Below are positions 24,623 through 34,339 of a DNA stretch of 49,812 nucleotides, piece by piece. The translations under genes and the position numbers were made by a program. The notes under the pieces are model-generated. The model was not told the DNA's origin, made no database searches, and worked only from the letters and a program-made list of their open reading frames with translations. The stretch lies in IMG/VR virus record IMGVR_UViG_3300018476_000001, positions 1 through 49,812 of that record; one strand, given 5' to 3'. This DNA comes from a virus. Lineage: Duplodnaviria; Caudoviricetes. Position 1 is the stretch's first letter. The number at the start of each line of letters is the position of its first letter.

Positions 24623-25660
24623 ATGGCTGCAAGGAACGGAACTGTCGCGACCCTTGTGGACGTGACCGCCGGCTATGGAGCGGACGGCGCCGCCCAGGGC
24701 ACGATCGCCGAGGTCCTCGAGAAGGACAATCCGGTCATCCAGGATATCCCGTGGAAGGAGGGCAACCTCCTCACCGGCGAGCGGACGTGGGTCCGCACCG
24801 GCAAGCCGGGCGTGGCCTGGAGGCGCTACAACCAGGGCGTGCCGCGCTCCAAGGGCACTGTCGGCGCGTTCGACGAGGCCGCGGCCCAGCTCGCGGCAAC
24901 GTCGCAGATGGACCGCTCGCTCGCCATCCTCGGCGGCAACCCGGCCAAGGCGAGGATGAACTTCGCCAAGCCGTTCTTCAGCGCCATGAACGACGAGTTC
25001 GTGGAGACGCTGTTCTACGGCAACAGCTTTCTGGAGAGCAAGGAGTTCACGGGCCTCGCCCCGCGTTACAACGATCTCGATGGCCCGACCGGGGACTACA
25101 TCATCGACGCCGGCGGCACCGGGACGGACAACCGCTCGGTGTGGGTCATCAACTGGGACCTCGACGCGATCGGCGGCCTCTATCCGATGGGCTCCAAGGC
25201 CGGCCTGATGCACATGGACATGACCAAGGGCCGCGAATCCGGCCCCGACGGCTGGCCCGTGGGCGATCTCGTCAACGACAGCGACGGCAATCCGTACCCC
25301 GCCTACACCGACTATTTCCAGTGGGATTGCGGCCTGTTCGTCAAGGACCACCGTCACGCGGTGAGGATCGCCAACATCGACTTCTCGCTGCTCATCAAGG
25401 ACCGGACGACCGGCGCCGACCTGGAGGATCTGCTCATCCAGGCATTCCACCGTATCCAGGCGACCGGCTCGAACGCCGCGATCTACGTGCCGAAGCCGCT
25501 GGGCGCGATGCTGCATCGCCAGGCGGTGACCGACGCCCGCAACGGGCGGGGCATCGTCGGCATGGACGAGGTCGGAGGCCGCAAGGTGCCGACGGTCCTC
25601 GGCCTTCCCATCCGTTCGCTCGACGCTCTCAACGTCGATGAAGCCCGCGTCGTCGCTTAA
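24623..25660 (+). CDS. Major capsid protein (BPP-1 Bbp17-like)
   Basis: 345 aa; WRRYNQGV, TLFYG, FTGLAPRY, VRIANID; GAGGAG RBS. Confidence 0.92.
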   Translation: MAARNGTVATLVDVTAGYGADGAAQGTIAEVLEKDNPVIQDIPWKEGNLLTGERTWVRTGKPGVAWRRYNQGVPRSKGTVGAFDEAAAQLAATSQMDRSLAILGGNPAKARMNFAKPFFSAMNDEFVETLFYGNSFLESKEFTGLAPRYNDLDGPTGDYIIDAGGTGTDNRSVWVINWDLDAIGGLYPMGSKAGLMHMDMTKGRESGPDGWPVGDLVNDSDGNPYPAYTDYFQWDCGLFVKDHRHAVRIANIDFSLLIKDRTTGADLEDLLIQAFHRIQATGSNAAIYVPKPLGAMLHRQAVTDARNGRGIVGMDEVGGRKVPTVLGLPIRSLDALNVDEARVVA

Positions 25661-25672
25661 GGAGACTGAGAG

Positions 25673-26122
25673 ATGAACACCGACAAGGAACTGCTCTGCT
25701 CCGAGAAGCAGGCAATCACGGCGGACGCCGTTTCGACTGACGGCCTTCTGTGGAGCGGGCTGCTCGGCGCCGACCGGACGCTTCCGCTTCGCCTTTTCGC
25801 TCAGATCGAGACGAGCTTCACGCCCGACGGCGCGGCCACGGGCATCACGTTCGAGGTTATCGGGGCCGACAACGCGGCGCTGACGACCAATGTCGTATCG
25901 CTCTACTCGGTCACGGTCACGAATGGCGCGTCGAACGTCAATCTGGTCGCGGGGACGCGCGTGATCGACATTCCGCTGCCGGCCACGATTAAGGCCTATG
26001 TGGGCTTCCGCTACACCACGAACGCGGGTGATTATACCACCGGCAAGGTGACGGCCGGCGCCGTGATCGGCACCGAGACGCCGCAGTCGCTTCGCCCGGC
26101 GCTCGAAAGCCACGGCTTCTAG
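25673..26122 (+). CDS. Capsid cement/decoration protein (Bbp16-like)
   Basis: MNTDKEL..SEKQAITADAVST...YVGFRY...TGKVTAG. Confidence 0.8.
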   Translation: MNTDKELLCSEKQAITADAVSTDGLLWSGLLGADRTLPLRLFAQIETSFTPDGAATGITFEVIGADNAALTTNVVSLYSVTVTNGASNVNLVAGTRVIDIPLPATIKAYVGFRYTTNAGDYTTGKVTAGAVIGTETPQSLRPALESHGF

Positions 26123-26135
26123 GAAGGGATGAGAC

Positions 26136-26588
26136 ATGGTTGAGAAGGTCATCACCAAGAAGACGTTCACCGGTCGCGGCGGCATGGGCCACCTCGCCTA
26201 TCCCGGCGACATCGTGGACGTCGACGCGAAGGGCGAGGTCATGCCCGCCGCGTCCACTCCCATCGGCAGCCTGACGGTCGACCAGCTCCGCTCGCTGCTT
26301 GCCGCCAAGGAGTCGGAGAAGCCCGAGGATAAGTTCGGGGACAACGTCGCCGACCCGGTCGAGACGAACACCGGCTCGCAGGAGCTGGCCATGGCACCGG
26401 TGGCCCCGGCCTCACCCGGCTCGGTCCAGCCTCAGGGCATCCCGCCGGGCTCGGTCCCCGTCGGCGGCGGGTTCCTTCGCCGCGCCCCGGAAGACGCGCC
26501 GGCCGCGGTCGAGGAGATCATCTCCCCCGAGCAGTCGACCGAGGAGGAGGACAAGCCTCGCCGCGGTCGTCCTCCCAGGGGCAAGTAA
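26136..26588 (+). CDS. Hypothetical virion-module protein
   Basis: 150 aa; C-terminal RRGRPP. Confidence 0.75.
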   Translation: MVEKVITKKTFTGRGGMGHLAYPGDIVDVDAKGEVMPAASTPIGSLTVDQLRSLLAAKESEKPEDKFGDNVADPVETNTGSQELAMAPVAPASPGSVQPQGIPPGSVPVGGGFLRRAPEDAPAAVEEIISPEQSTEEEDKPRRGRPPRGK

Positions 26589-26639
26589 GGCGTGCCGGGG
26601 AGGGGCTGACACCTCTCCCCCAAAGTTGGGGAGCAGAGC

Positions 26640-26924
26640 ATGGCAATCTTGAAGATTTGGGAAACGGTTCGCACGTCCACCGGGCTTCCCGTCATCTCGC
26701 CTGATGCGCGCATGGCCTATCAGGAGGTGGACTTCAGCGCGGGCGAGGCGAGGTCCGACCCGTTCGCAGAGACGACTGGGATCATCTCCGTCCTCGCCGA
26801 CGTCGATTGCGCCGTTCGGATCAACGGCGACGACGCGACCACGGACGACTTCCCAGTCATAGCGGACGAGCGCGAGGACTTCGCGGCTCTTCCGTCGGGA
26901 ACAATCTCCGTAATCGCCGTCTGA
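26640..26924 (+). CDS. Hypothetical beta-rich virion protein
   Basis: 94 aa with RBS. Confidence 0.7.
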   Translation: MAILKIWETVRTSTGLPVISPDARMAYQEVDFSAGEARSDPFAETTGIISVLADVDCAVRINGDDATTDDFPVIADEREDFAALPSGTISVIAV

Positions 26925-27730
26925 TGCTGGGGCGTCTCGGCAGGCTCGGTGAATTGGGGCTGCGTCGCCGCACCCCGGCGCCTGCCGAGCCCGAAGACCC
27001 CTCCAACCTCATCGCCAATGGCGGCTTTGACGATTCAAGCGCTTGGACGCTAGGCGGAGATGCGGCAATTGCCGGCGGCAAGCTGGAAATCGTCATCGGC
27101 CCGGGCACAGCCGCTCAGGACACGCTTACTCCAATCACGGAGAACCTGTTCTACCTCCTGGGGATGACCGTTTCGGACCGGGTGGAGGGGGTGGCTACTC
27201 CATCACTGGGAGGCACAGCCGGTACGACGAGAGGGACAGACGGAACCTTCAGCGAATATCTACGGGCCGGCGCAACTCAACAGTTCCTGCTCGATGGCGA
27301 GGCATTGCTCCGAATTGACAACGTGTCGCTAACCGGCCCTGTCGCCACAGCGCTCAACGCGGAACTGGTGCCCGATCCGACTTTCGACGACGACACCCTA
27401 TGGTCAATATCCGGCTCCGGCCTGTCGGTCACGGGCAGCCAGTTGATGGCGACCGGCGGCGTCGGCAACCGCTCCGCGACATGCGTTCCGGAGGGCTATC
27501 CCCTCAATGCCGGAACCTACGATGTAACCTTCACGCTCGTCTCGCGCACCGCAGGCACGGCGAGGATCGACCTCTGCGGCATCATCGGCACGGGCCGCAC
27601 AGTGCCGGGGACATACACGCAGCAGTTCGTCGTGACTGAAGCAGACACGGTTTTCCAGACCATCATCGTTCGTGCGATCACCAGCCCGAACCTTATTGTG
27701 GACGATTTGAGCGTCAAAAAGATAGCCTAA
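26924..27730 (+). CDS. Virion protein with two carbohydrate-binding-like repeats
   Basis: NLIANGGFD...IDNVSL and ELVPDPTFD...VDDLSVK. Confidence 0.7.
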   Translation: MLGRLGRLGELGLRRRTPAPAEPEDPSNLIANGGFDDSSAWTLGGDAAIAGGKLEIVIGPGTAAQDTLTPITENLFYLLGMTVSDRVEGVATPSLGGTAGTTRGTDGTFSEYLRAGATQQFLLDGEALLRIDNVSLTGPVATALNAELVPDPTFDDDTLWSISGSGLSVTGSQLMATGGVGNRSATCVPEGYPLNAGTYDVTFTLVSRTAGTARIDLCGIIGTGRTVPGTYTQQFVVTEADTVFQTIIVRAITSPNLIVDDLSVKKIA

Positions 27731-27757
27731 GCCTCGGGAATCTGCCATATTCGGCGG

Positions 27758-28453
27758 GTGAAGATCGCGATCCTCGTCCCCGTTGCAGGCGACACCGTAA
27801 AAGCTCAGTTCTCCTTCTGCCTTGCCAACCTTATGGCGCGGACGGCGACCGCGAGTATTTCTCTGAACGACGTTCCCGCCAAGCCTGAGCTGAAACTGTT
27901 TATGCGGCCCTCAGGCAGCGTCCTAACGAACCGAACCCGGCTGGTGGAGGGAGCTCTTGGATGGGGCGCCGACTTCATGCTGTTTCTCGACGCGGACATG
28001 ACGTTCCCGTCGGATACGCTGCTGAGGATGATGGCACCGAGCAAGCCGGTGATGGTCGCCAACTGCGCGCGCCGATCGCGGCCGACGGCGCCTACAGCAA
28101 CAGGCTTGGACGGGAAGTTCGTCTATTCCACCCTCCAGAAAGCGGAGGCGGGCGAGCTGGAAGAGGTAAGCCATAGCGGGCTGGCGGTTTGCTTCTTGCA
28201 GGTAGCGCCCGTGTTCAACGCGTTGCAGGCGAAGGCAGAGGCGGACGGGCTCCAGTCGATCTTCCCGCTGTTTCTTTTCGAGCCGCGCCCCGACGGGCGC
28301 AGTTTCGCCGGCGAGGACTTTTACTTCTTGAGCAAGATAAGGGCGGCGGGGCTCCCAATTTTCGTTGACCATGCCGTTTCCCGCGAAGTCGAGCATCTGC
28401 ACGAAATGGGCCTCACGCACGACCATATCGAGGCGGATCGGGCGGCCACATAA
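27758..28453 (+). CDS. GT-A fold (GT2-like) glycosyltransferase
   Basis: KIAILVP, FLDADM (DxD), GEDFYF...G.PIFVD. Confidence 0.8.
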   Translation: MKIAILVPVAGDTVKAQFSFCLANLMARTATASISLNDVPAKPELKLFMRPSGSVLTNRTRLVEGALGWGADFMLFLDADMTFPSDTLLRMMAPSKPVMVANCARRSRPTAPTATGLDGKFVYSTLQKAEAGELEEVSHSGLAVCFLQVAPVFNALQAKAEADGLQSIFPLFLFEPRPDGRSFAGEDFYFLSKIRAAGLPIFVDHAVSREVEHLHEMGLTHDHIEADRAAT

Positions 28454-28483
28454 CCGAGACGGTGTTGACCTTCCCGCGCTGAG

Positions 28484-28512
28484 CGATTCAACCCTCTCGC
28501 TTCCAAGCATAG
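28484..28512 (+). promoter_or_regulatory. Late promoter motif CGATTCAA-N16-CATAG
   Basis: 38 nt before ATG 28522. Confidence 0.7.
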
Positions 28513-28521
28513 CCCTCTCCC

Positions 28522-29958
28522 ATGGCCCGAGACGTCCCCATGTACCGAGGGCAGGGCAACCAGCCTTTCAACACCGCCGACTCACGCGGCCCGGCCAAGC
28601 GCGGCCAGACGGTGCCCTACGATGTGAACGGGGCTCCGACAGGCGGGACCGGGGCTGCGCTCGCCGATGGCGACTATGGCGATATCATCGCATCGGGCGG
28701 CGGAGCCTCGCTGGATATCGATCCAGCCCTGCTGACGGCCTACATGCGTACCGTCCTCGCAGCGGCGGATCAGGCGGCAGCTCGCGCCGTCCTCGCTGCG
28801 CAGGCCGCCCATGCCCTGCTCGACGGGCTGGCGGGCATGGGAGCATCCACCGGGCTCCTCGAGCAGACGGGCGCGGCGAGCTTCGGCAAGCGTGCGATCG
28901 GTGTCGGGGCGGGGACGAGTATCCTGTCGCGTGCCGATGGCGACGGGCGCTACCTTTTGGCCACCTTGCTCGGTGCGGTCGGAGGCGTTGCCTCGCTCGA
29001 CGGGTCCGGGCTCATTCCGACCAGCCAGCTTCCTGCCTTGGCAATCACCAAGCCCAATGTGGTCGCGTCCCAGGCGGCGCAGCTCGCGCTCACCGCCCAA
29101 GAGGGCGACGTCGCTATCCGCACGGATCTGAACAAATCCTACATCCACAATGGCGGGACCGCCGGCACCATGGCCGACTGGACCGAGATACTTACCCCGA
29201 CCGACTCCGTCCTCTCCGTCAACGGCGAAACCGGGGCCGTCTCCCTGATCGCCTCTGAAATCCCCTTCACCCCGGCCGGAAGCCTCGCCGCCGCCGACGT
29301 GCAGGCCGCACTGGTCGAGCTGGATGCGGAGAAGCAGCCGCTGGCCGGGAACCTCTCCGCCTTCGCAGCCCTCACCGGCATTGCCGACAGGCTGGCCTAT
29401 TTCAACGGCGCGGGAACGATGGCACTGGCGACCTTCACCGCCGCCGGCCGGGCGGTCGCGGCGGCGACCGGCTCGACCGGGACGGGAACCGTCACCGTCT
29501 TCTCGATCGCCCCGGCATTCACCGGCACGACCACGTTCGAGGCCCTCACCGCAAGCGGCAACGTTACTCTCGGCGACGCCACGGCCGACGCTCACACCAT
29601 AAATGGCAATGTCACGCACAACGTCACGGGCGCCAGCGCCTCCAACTATCGCTGGATCAACGCTGGGCAGTTAGCGTCACTCAAGGTGGGCTTTAGCAGC
29701 GGCTCGACGTACCTCTCCGCTCAGGACAACACCGGCGCATCGTGGGCTCCCTGGGTCATCGGCGGTAGTCAGATCAACTTCCAGATCAGCGCCGCCAACG
29801 TCCTGATCGCGAGAAGTACCGGAACTGAGACTATCGGCGAGCATCGCTGCGACACGCTGCGGATCGACGTCGCACCGACGGCCGCCACCCCGACCCCGAC
29901 GCACACCATCCCCGTCAACTTCAACGGCACGGTCTACCGCGTGCCCTGTGTGATCTAG
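28522..29958 (+). CDS. Fiber-like virion structural protein
   Basis: Ala/Gly/Thr-rich; GVASLDGSGLIPTSQLP, GDVAIRTD, VLSVNGETGAV. Confidence 0.7.
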   Translation: MARDVPMYRGQGNQPFNTADSRGPAKRGQTVPYDVNGAPTGGTGAALADGDYGDIIASGGGASLDIDPALLTAYMRTVLAAADQAAARAVLAAQAAHALLDGLAGMGASTGLLEQTGAASFGKRAIGVGAGTSILSRADGDGRYLLATLLGAVGGVASLDGSGLIPTSQLPALAITKPNVVASQAAQLALTAQEGDVAIRTDLNKSYIHNGGTAGTMADWTEILTPTDSVLSVNGETGAVSLIASEIPFTPAGSLAAADVQAALVELDAEKQPLAGNLSAFAALTGIADRLAYFNGAGTMALATFTAAGRAVAAATGSTGTGTVTVFSIAPAFTGTTTFEALTASGNVTLGDATADAHTINGNVTHNVTGASASNYRWINAGQLASLKVGFSSGSTYLSAQDNTGASWAPWVIGGSQINFQISAANVLIARSTGTETIGEHRCDTLRIDVAPTAATPTPTHTIPVNFNGTVYRVPCVI

Positions 29959-29968
29959 CTGAGAGCCC

Positions 29969-29997
29969 CGATTCAAGGCGCCGGTGTCTCGCCTTAG
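29969..29997 (+). promoter_or_regulatory. Late promoter motif CGATTCAA-N16-CTTAG
   Basis: 38 nt before ATG 30007. Confidence 0.7.
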
Positions 29998-30006
29998 GCC
30001 AAGGCC

Positions 30007-30672
30007 ATGCCCGCCACCTCCCGCCTGGACATCTGCAATCAGGCCGTCGGCGAGATTGCTGCCCATCCCATCGCTTCGGTTGACGAGACCAGCCTCGAAG
30101 CCCGCGAGTGCCGGCGCTTCTATCCCCAAGTCATCTCCGAAATGCTGGAGGGCCCGCACGACTGGAGCTTCGCCAACCGGCGCGTCGCCCTGGCCGCTGT
30201 GGCAACGAACGACCGCGAGGCGGAGTGGTCCTACGCCTATGCCCTCCCCGCCGACATGGCGAGCCCCATCGGGATCGTCCCCAATCTCGCCGCCCTGGGC
30301 TTTGCGCTTCCGACGCTGTTGGAGGGCCAGAGCTACGCCAGCATCGTCCAGGGCTTCCCGGCTCAGTACGCGGTCGCCTACGTCATCGAGAATGGCGTCC
30401 TCTACACCGGCGCCGCCGATGCGTCGCTCGAATACGTGATCAACGACGTCTCCGAAGTCGTCCTGCCGAAGCTCGTCTCGAGGGCGATCATCCTCGACCT
30501 CGCATCTCGCCTCGCCATGCCGGTCAAGAAGGACCGCGAGCTGAAGCAAGGGCTGGAGGCACGCGCCGCCCTCGCATGGGAGCGGGCCATGGCCGACGAT
30601 CTCAACCGTTCCCCGCGTGGCCGGGCCGACTATATCCCCGAGGCGATACTGGCGCGCGACGGCATCATCTGA
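30007..30672 (+). CDS. Tail tubular protein A / adaptor (T7 gp11-like)
   Basis: LDICNQAV..I, HDWSFA, WSYAYALPAD. Confidence 0.85.
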   Translation: MPATSRLDICNQAVGEIAAHPIASVDETSLEARECRRFYPQVISEMLEGPHDWSFANRRVALAAVATNDREAEWSYAYALPADMASPIGIVPNLAALGFALPTLLEGQSYASIVQGFPAQYAVAYVIENGVLYTGAADASLEYVINDVSEVVLPKLVSRAIILDLASRLAMPVKKDRELKQGLEARAALAWERAMADDLNRSPRGRADYIPEAILARDGII

Positions 30673-31340
30673 TGGGCTATCGCGCCGCCCTGTTGAATTT
30701 CACGAAGGGCGAGATCAGCCCCGAAATCCTGGCGCGCTTCGATCTCTCCGCCTACCAGGCCGGCGCGCGGCGAGCCCGCAACGTCGTAATCAGGCGCACC
30801 GGTGGGCTGGAAAAGCGCATGGGGACGCGCTTCGTTGCCGAATGCCTCGGCACTTCCGCTCGCCTGATCCCGTTCCAGTTCAACGATGAGCAAGCCTATG
30901 CGCTGGAGTTCGGACAGGGCTACATGCGTCCCCTCGCTCTGGGCGGGGCCGTGCTCGAGGAAGGGCTTCTCGTCACGGCCATCACCAAGGCGGCCAACGC
31001 GAAGATCACCGCGGCCTTTCACGCCTACGAGGTTGGCGATCCCGTCTACCTCACCGGCATAACGGGCATGACCCAGATCAACGACAGGTTCCTCACCGTC
31101 GTTTCCGTGATCGACGCCAACAACTTCACCGTGGATATCGACTCGACCGACTTCGACACCTTCACGGGCTCCGGGGGCGGGACGGCGCGGGTCGGCTCAC
31201 CTCCTCCCCCACCTCCACCTCCAGCTGTTCCCCCACCTCCGCCTCCGCCTCCCGCCCCTCCCGTCGGTTCCGGCTCAGGCGGCGGTTACGGCTCGGGCGG
31301 CGGCTGGGAAAGGCCGGAAGGGACGGAGGGGCTTCCCTGA
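30672..31340 (+). CDS. Tail tubular protein B, N-terminal part with poly-Pro tail
   Basis: NFTKGEISP...R.D...Y...N...GG...R.GT.FV. Confidence 0.8.
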   Translation: MGYRAALLNFTKGEISPEILARFDLSAYQAGARRARNVVIRRTGGLEKRMGTRFVAECLGTSARLIPFQFNDEQAYALEFGQGYMRPLALGGAVLEEGLLVTAITKAANAKITAAFHAYEVGDPVYLTGITGMTQINDRFLTVVSVIDANNFTVDIDSTDFDTFTGSGGGTARVGSPPPPPPPPAVPPPPPPPPAPPVGSGSGGGYGSGGGWERPEGTEGLP

Positions 31341-33142
31341 TGCCCGTCTATCGCGTCCATCAGACAGGCTCGCCCTACAACGCCTCAGAGCTCGCCGATA
31401 TCGACTACGAGCAGACGGCGGACGTCCTCTACATGGCGCACCCCAGCCATGCCCCAACCAAGCTCCTGAGGCTCGATCATGCCTCGTGGAGCTTCGTGAC
31501 GATCGCGTTCGGGCCGACCATCGCGGCGCCGGCCAATTTGAGCGCCGTCGCCACCAACCCGAACACCGACGCGGCCAACGGCGGCAATGCTTATTTCCCG
31601 CAGGAGGCAACTTATGTCGTCACCGCCTACTCTGACGAGACGGGGCAGGAAAGCCGGGCGTCGAACGCCGACAGCGCGACCAACGATATCGCCCTGAAGC
31701 GCAACTTCAATACGATCACCTGGGACGCCGTGACGGGCGCGACCGAGTACCGCGTCTACAAGGCGGAAGAATCCCAGCGTTACGGGGCCATCGGCTCGAC
31801 CGAAGCGCTAAGCTTCGTTGACGACAATATCGGTCCGGATCTGTCCGAGGGGCCTCCAACCGGCGACAATCCCTTCGCCGATGCCGACGACTATCCCGCG
31901 ACAGTGACCTTCCACGAGCAGCGTTCGGCATGGGCGCGGTCGAACAACAATCCGAACGGGCTATGGTGTTCGAAGTCGGCCGACTATGAGAATTTCGATT
32001 TTAGCAAGCCGGGGCGCGAGGATGACGCCTTCGCGATCCGGCTGGTGGCGAACAAGGTCAACTCGGTCAACCAGCTCGTCTCCTCGAAGCAGGGGCTTCT
32101 TGCGCTCACGTCGAACAACATCTTCTCGATCACCGGCGCGAACGGGGACTATCTAGCCGCCGTTCCTCCCCCGAGGGTGAGGCCCGAGGTCAGCCGCGGC
32201 GTCAGCCGGCTCAATCCGATCACGGTCGACAACGTCGTCTTCTACGAGACAGCGAAATCCTCAGAGGTGAGGACGCTGGGCTATACGCTGGAGCTGGACG
32301 GCATCCGAACCGACGACCTCACCGTCTTCTCGCGCCACCTGTTCGAGAATCAGGACATTGTCGACTGGGCTTTCGCGGAGAAGCCAGGCTCGATCATTCC
32401 CCTCGTTCGTAGCGACGGAGCGATCGTCTGCCTTACTTGGGACCAGGCCCAAGAGGTTGCGGGATGGACCTATTGGGACACTCCCCACGGAGCGTTTGAG
32501 GGCATTTGCTCAATAACTGAGCAGGGAGAGGACAGGCCCTATCTGCTCGTCCGCCGCACGATAAATGGCGAAGAGAAACTTTATATCGAGCGTATGGCCT
32601 CGCCCCTCTGGGAGGATCAGGAGGACGCCTGCTATCTCGACTGCGCCCGATCCTTCGTCAATGCGGCGCCGGTGGCGACGGTGGACAGGCTCGACCATTT
32701 GGAGGGAATGGACGTTGTCGCTTGGGTCGATGGCAATGTCGTGACCGGACTGACCGTCGAAGACGGGTCCGTGACCCTGCCGAATGCGGGAACGAAGATC
32801 ACCGTCGGCCTGCCCTTCACCTCGCTTGTCGAAACTCTGCCCCTTGCCATCCAGACTGGCGGCGGTTGGAATGTGGCCCGGCCGCAGCAAGCGGGGAAGG
32901 TCGTTCTCCGAGTGGTCGACACCCGCAATATCGAGGCCGGTCCGGCAGACGACCAGCTTTTCCCGGTAAAGACGCGCGAGACGGAAGGCTACGGCTCGCC
33001 GAACGCGCTGATCACCGACGACCTTGAAGTGGACATGGCCGGCACCTCGGGGAACGAGACAGTCGTCGTCGTGCGTTCGACCGACCCGACGCCCATGCAC
33101 ATCGCCGCGATCCTTATCGAGCCGGTCATCAGTGCGGGTTGA
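31340..33142 (+). CDS. Tail tubular protein B / nozzle, main part
   Basis: YEQTADVLY, YPATVTFHEQR, DLTVFSRHLF, LDHLEG..V. Confidence 0.85.
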   Translation: MPVYRVHQTGSPYNASELADIDYEQTADVLYMAHPSHAPTKLLRLDHASWSFVTIAFGPTIAAPANLSAVATNPNTDAANGGNAYFPQEATYVVTAYSDETGQESRASNADSATNDIALKRNFNTITWDAVTGATEYRVYKAEESQRYGAIGSTEALSFVDDNIGPDLSEGPPTGDNPFADADDYPATVTFHEQRSAWARSNNNPNGLWCSKSADYENFDFSKPGREDDAFAIRLVANKVNSVNQLVSSKQGLLALTSNNIFSITGANGDYLAAVPPPRVRPEVSRGVSRLNPITVDNVVFYETAKSSEVRTLGYTLELDGIRTDDLTVFSRHLFENQDIVDWAFAEKPGSIIPLVRSDGAIVCLTWDQAQEVAGWTYWDTPHGAFEGICSITEQGEDRPYLLVRRTINGEEKLYIERMASPLWEDQEDACYLDCARSFVNAAPVATVDRLDHLEGMDVVAWVDGNVVTGLTVEDGSVTLPNAGTKITVGLPFTSLVETLPLAIQTGGGWNVARPQQAGKVVLRVVDTRNIEAGPADDQLFPVKTRETEGYGSPNALITDDLEVDMAGTSGNETVVVVRSTDPTPMHIAAILIEPVISAG

Positions 33143-33695
33143 GCTCGTTCCGGCGCGGCTCGTCCACGTCGGCCCCATCGCCAGCCGGATGCGCGAGATC
33201 GACCGCATCGAAGCCGAGGCGATGGGCCGCACCCCCAAGGATGCCCTCAGGATTGGGCTGCGGGCCTCGCTAAGCGCGTTCACGGCCCTCGGGGAGGGAA
33301 AACCGCTGGCGATGATGGGCGTCGTCTCCACCAGCCTTATTTCCAGCCGGGCGGCGGTCTGGTTTCTGGGCCGGGACGAGGTGTTCGATCATGGGCGCGA
33401 GATGCTGACCATCGGCCCGAAGGTGCTGGGGCACTGGCTGGAGACATTCGAGGTGCTGGAGAACATTGTCGCGGTCCAGAACGTGCGCGCGACCCGGATG
33501 CTTAGAAAGTGGGGGTTCGAGATCGGGGACGCGGTTCAAGCCCATGGAGGCGTCGACTTCGTGCCGTTCCGCCTAAGACGGCGAGTCGGTGCTCAGCTTG
33601 CCCCAAGCGACGACGGGAGGGATGAGCAGCACAACGAGGCAAATCCAGAAGAAGCTCTCGTTCGAGAACCAATAGCGCTCAGCGATCAGGCCTAG
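33132..33695 (+). CDS. Internal virion protein A-like (T7 gp13 / GNAT-like)
   Basis: MREIDRIE...VWFLG...LENIV...N....RMLRKWGF. Confidence 0.7.
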   Translation: MRVELVPARLVHVGPIASRMREIDRIEAEAMGRTPKDALRIGLRASLSAFTALGEGKPLAMMGVVSTSLISSRAAVWFLGRDEVFDHGREMLTIGPKVLGHWLETFEVLENIVAVQNVRATRMLRKWGFEIGDAVQAHGGVDFVPFRLRRRVGAQLAPSDDGRDEQHNEANPEEALVREPIALSDQA

Positions 33696-33749
33696 TACGC
33701 CGACTATTGCGGGCCAGCCGATGGACCAGAAGATAAGTCCGGGGTTCAT
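33573..33749 (-). CDS. Antisense small two-TM membrane protein (moron)
   Basis: MNPGLIFWSIGWPAIVGVLGLIA...FFWICLVVLLIPPVVAW. Confidence 0.6.
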   Translation of the reverse strand: MNPGLIFWSIGWPAIVGVLGLIAERYWFSNESFFWICLVVLLIPPVVAWGKLSTDSPS

Positions 33750-33779
33750 CCAAAATCGCCCATGGACCTTTTGGCGGCC

Positions 33780-33808
33780 CGATTCAAGGCTGCGCACTCG
33801 TCCCGTAG
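33780..33808 (+). promoter_or_regulatory. Late promoter motif CGATTCAA-N16-CGTAG
   Basis: 38 nt before ATG 33818. Confidence 0.7.
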
Positions 33809-33817
33809 CAACGACGC

Positions 33818-34339
33818 ATGTGCGCTCCCCCCATGGTCATGGCCGCCGTCGCGACAGCCGCGTCAACAATGATCGGGGGGATGCAGGCCAACGCGCAGGG
33901 CAATTACGAAAGCAAGATCTCCCAGCGCAACGCCCAGATGGAGCGGGACGCGGCGCGCGATTCAATCGAACGTGGACAAGGCGAGGCGCGCACCTTCTGG
34001 CGTGACGTCGGACGGACCAAGGGCGAGCAGATCGCCTCCATGGCGGCGAACGGGATCGACGTCGGCTACGGGTCCGCGGCCCGCCTTCAGGACGACACCG
34101 CCACCCTCGCCGACGAGGACGCTGCCAACCTCTACCGCAACATCAACGAGCGCACCAAAGGCAGCATCGTCAACGCGCAGAACTTCGTCGCCGAGGCCAA
34201 GGCGGCGAAGATGCGCGGGCGGGCGGCGCTGGTCGGCTCCGCCTTTGAGAGCGCCACAAGCCTGATGAGCGCATTCGCCCAGCAGAAGCTTCTTAAGGCG
34301 AAGCTGGGCGGCGGCAAGTTCGGCAGGGTAGGCGGCTGA
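33818..34339 (+). CDS. Internal virion protein B-like (T7 gp14 type)
   Basis: MCAPP start; Ala-rich; AANGIDVGYGSA. Confidence 0.8.
   Translation: MCAPPMVMAAVATAASTMIGGMQANAQGNYESKISQRNAQMERDAARDSIERGQGEARTFWRDVGRTKGEQIASMAANGIDVGYGSAARLQDDTATLADEDAANLYRNINERTKGSIVNAQNFVAEAKAAKMRGRAALVGSAFESATSLMSAFAQQKLLKAKLGGGKFGRVGG

Noticed and set aside
27031-27038. Extra CGATTCAA copies inside genes (27031 and about 33958)
   Set aside because: They lack the downstream TA box and a start codon at +38; probably chance.
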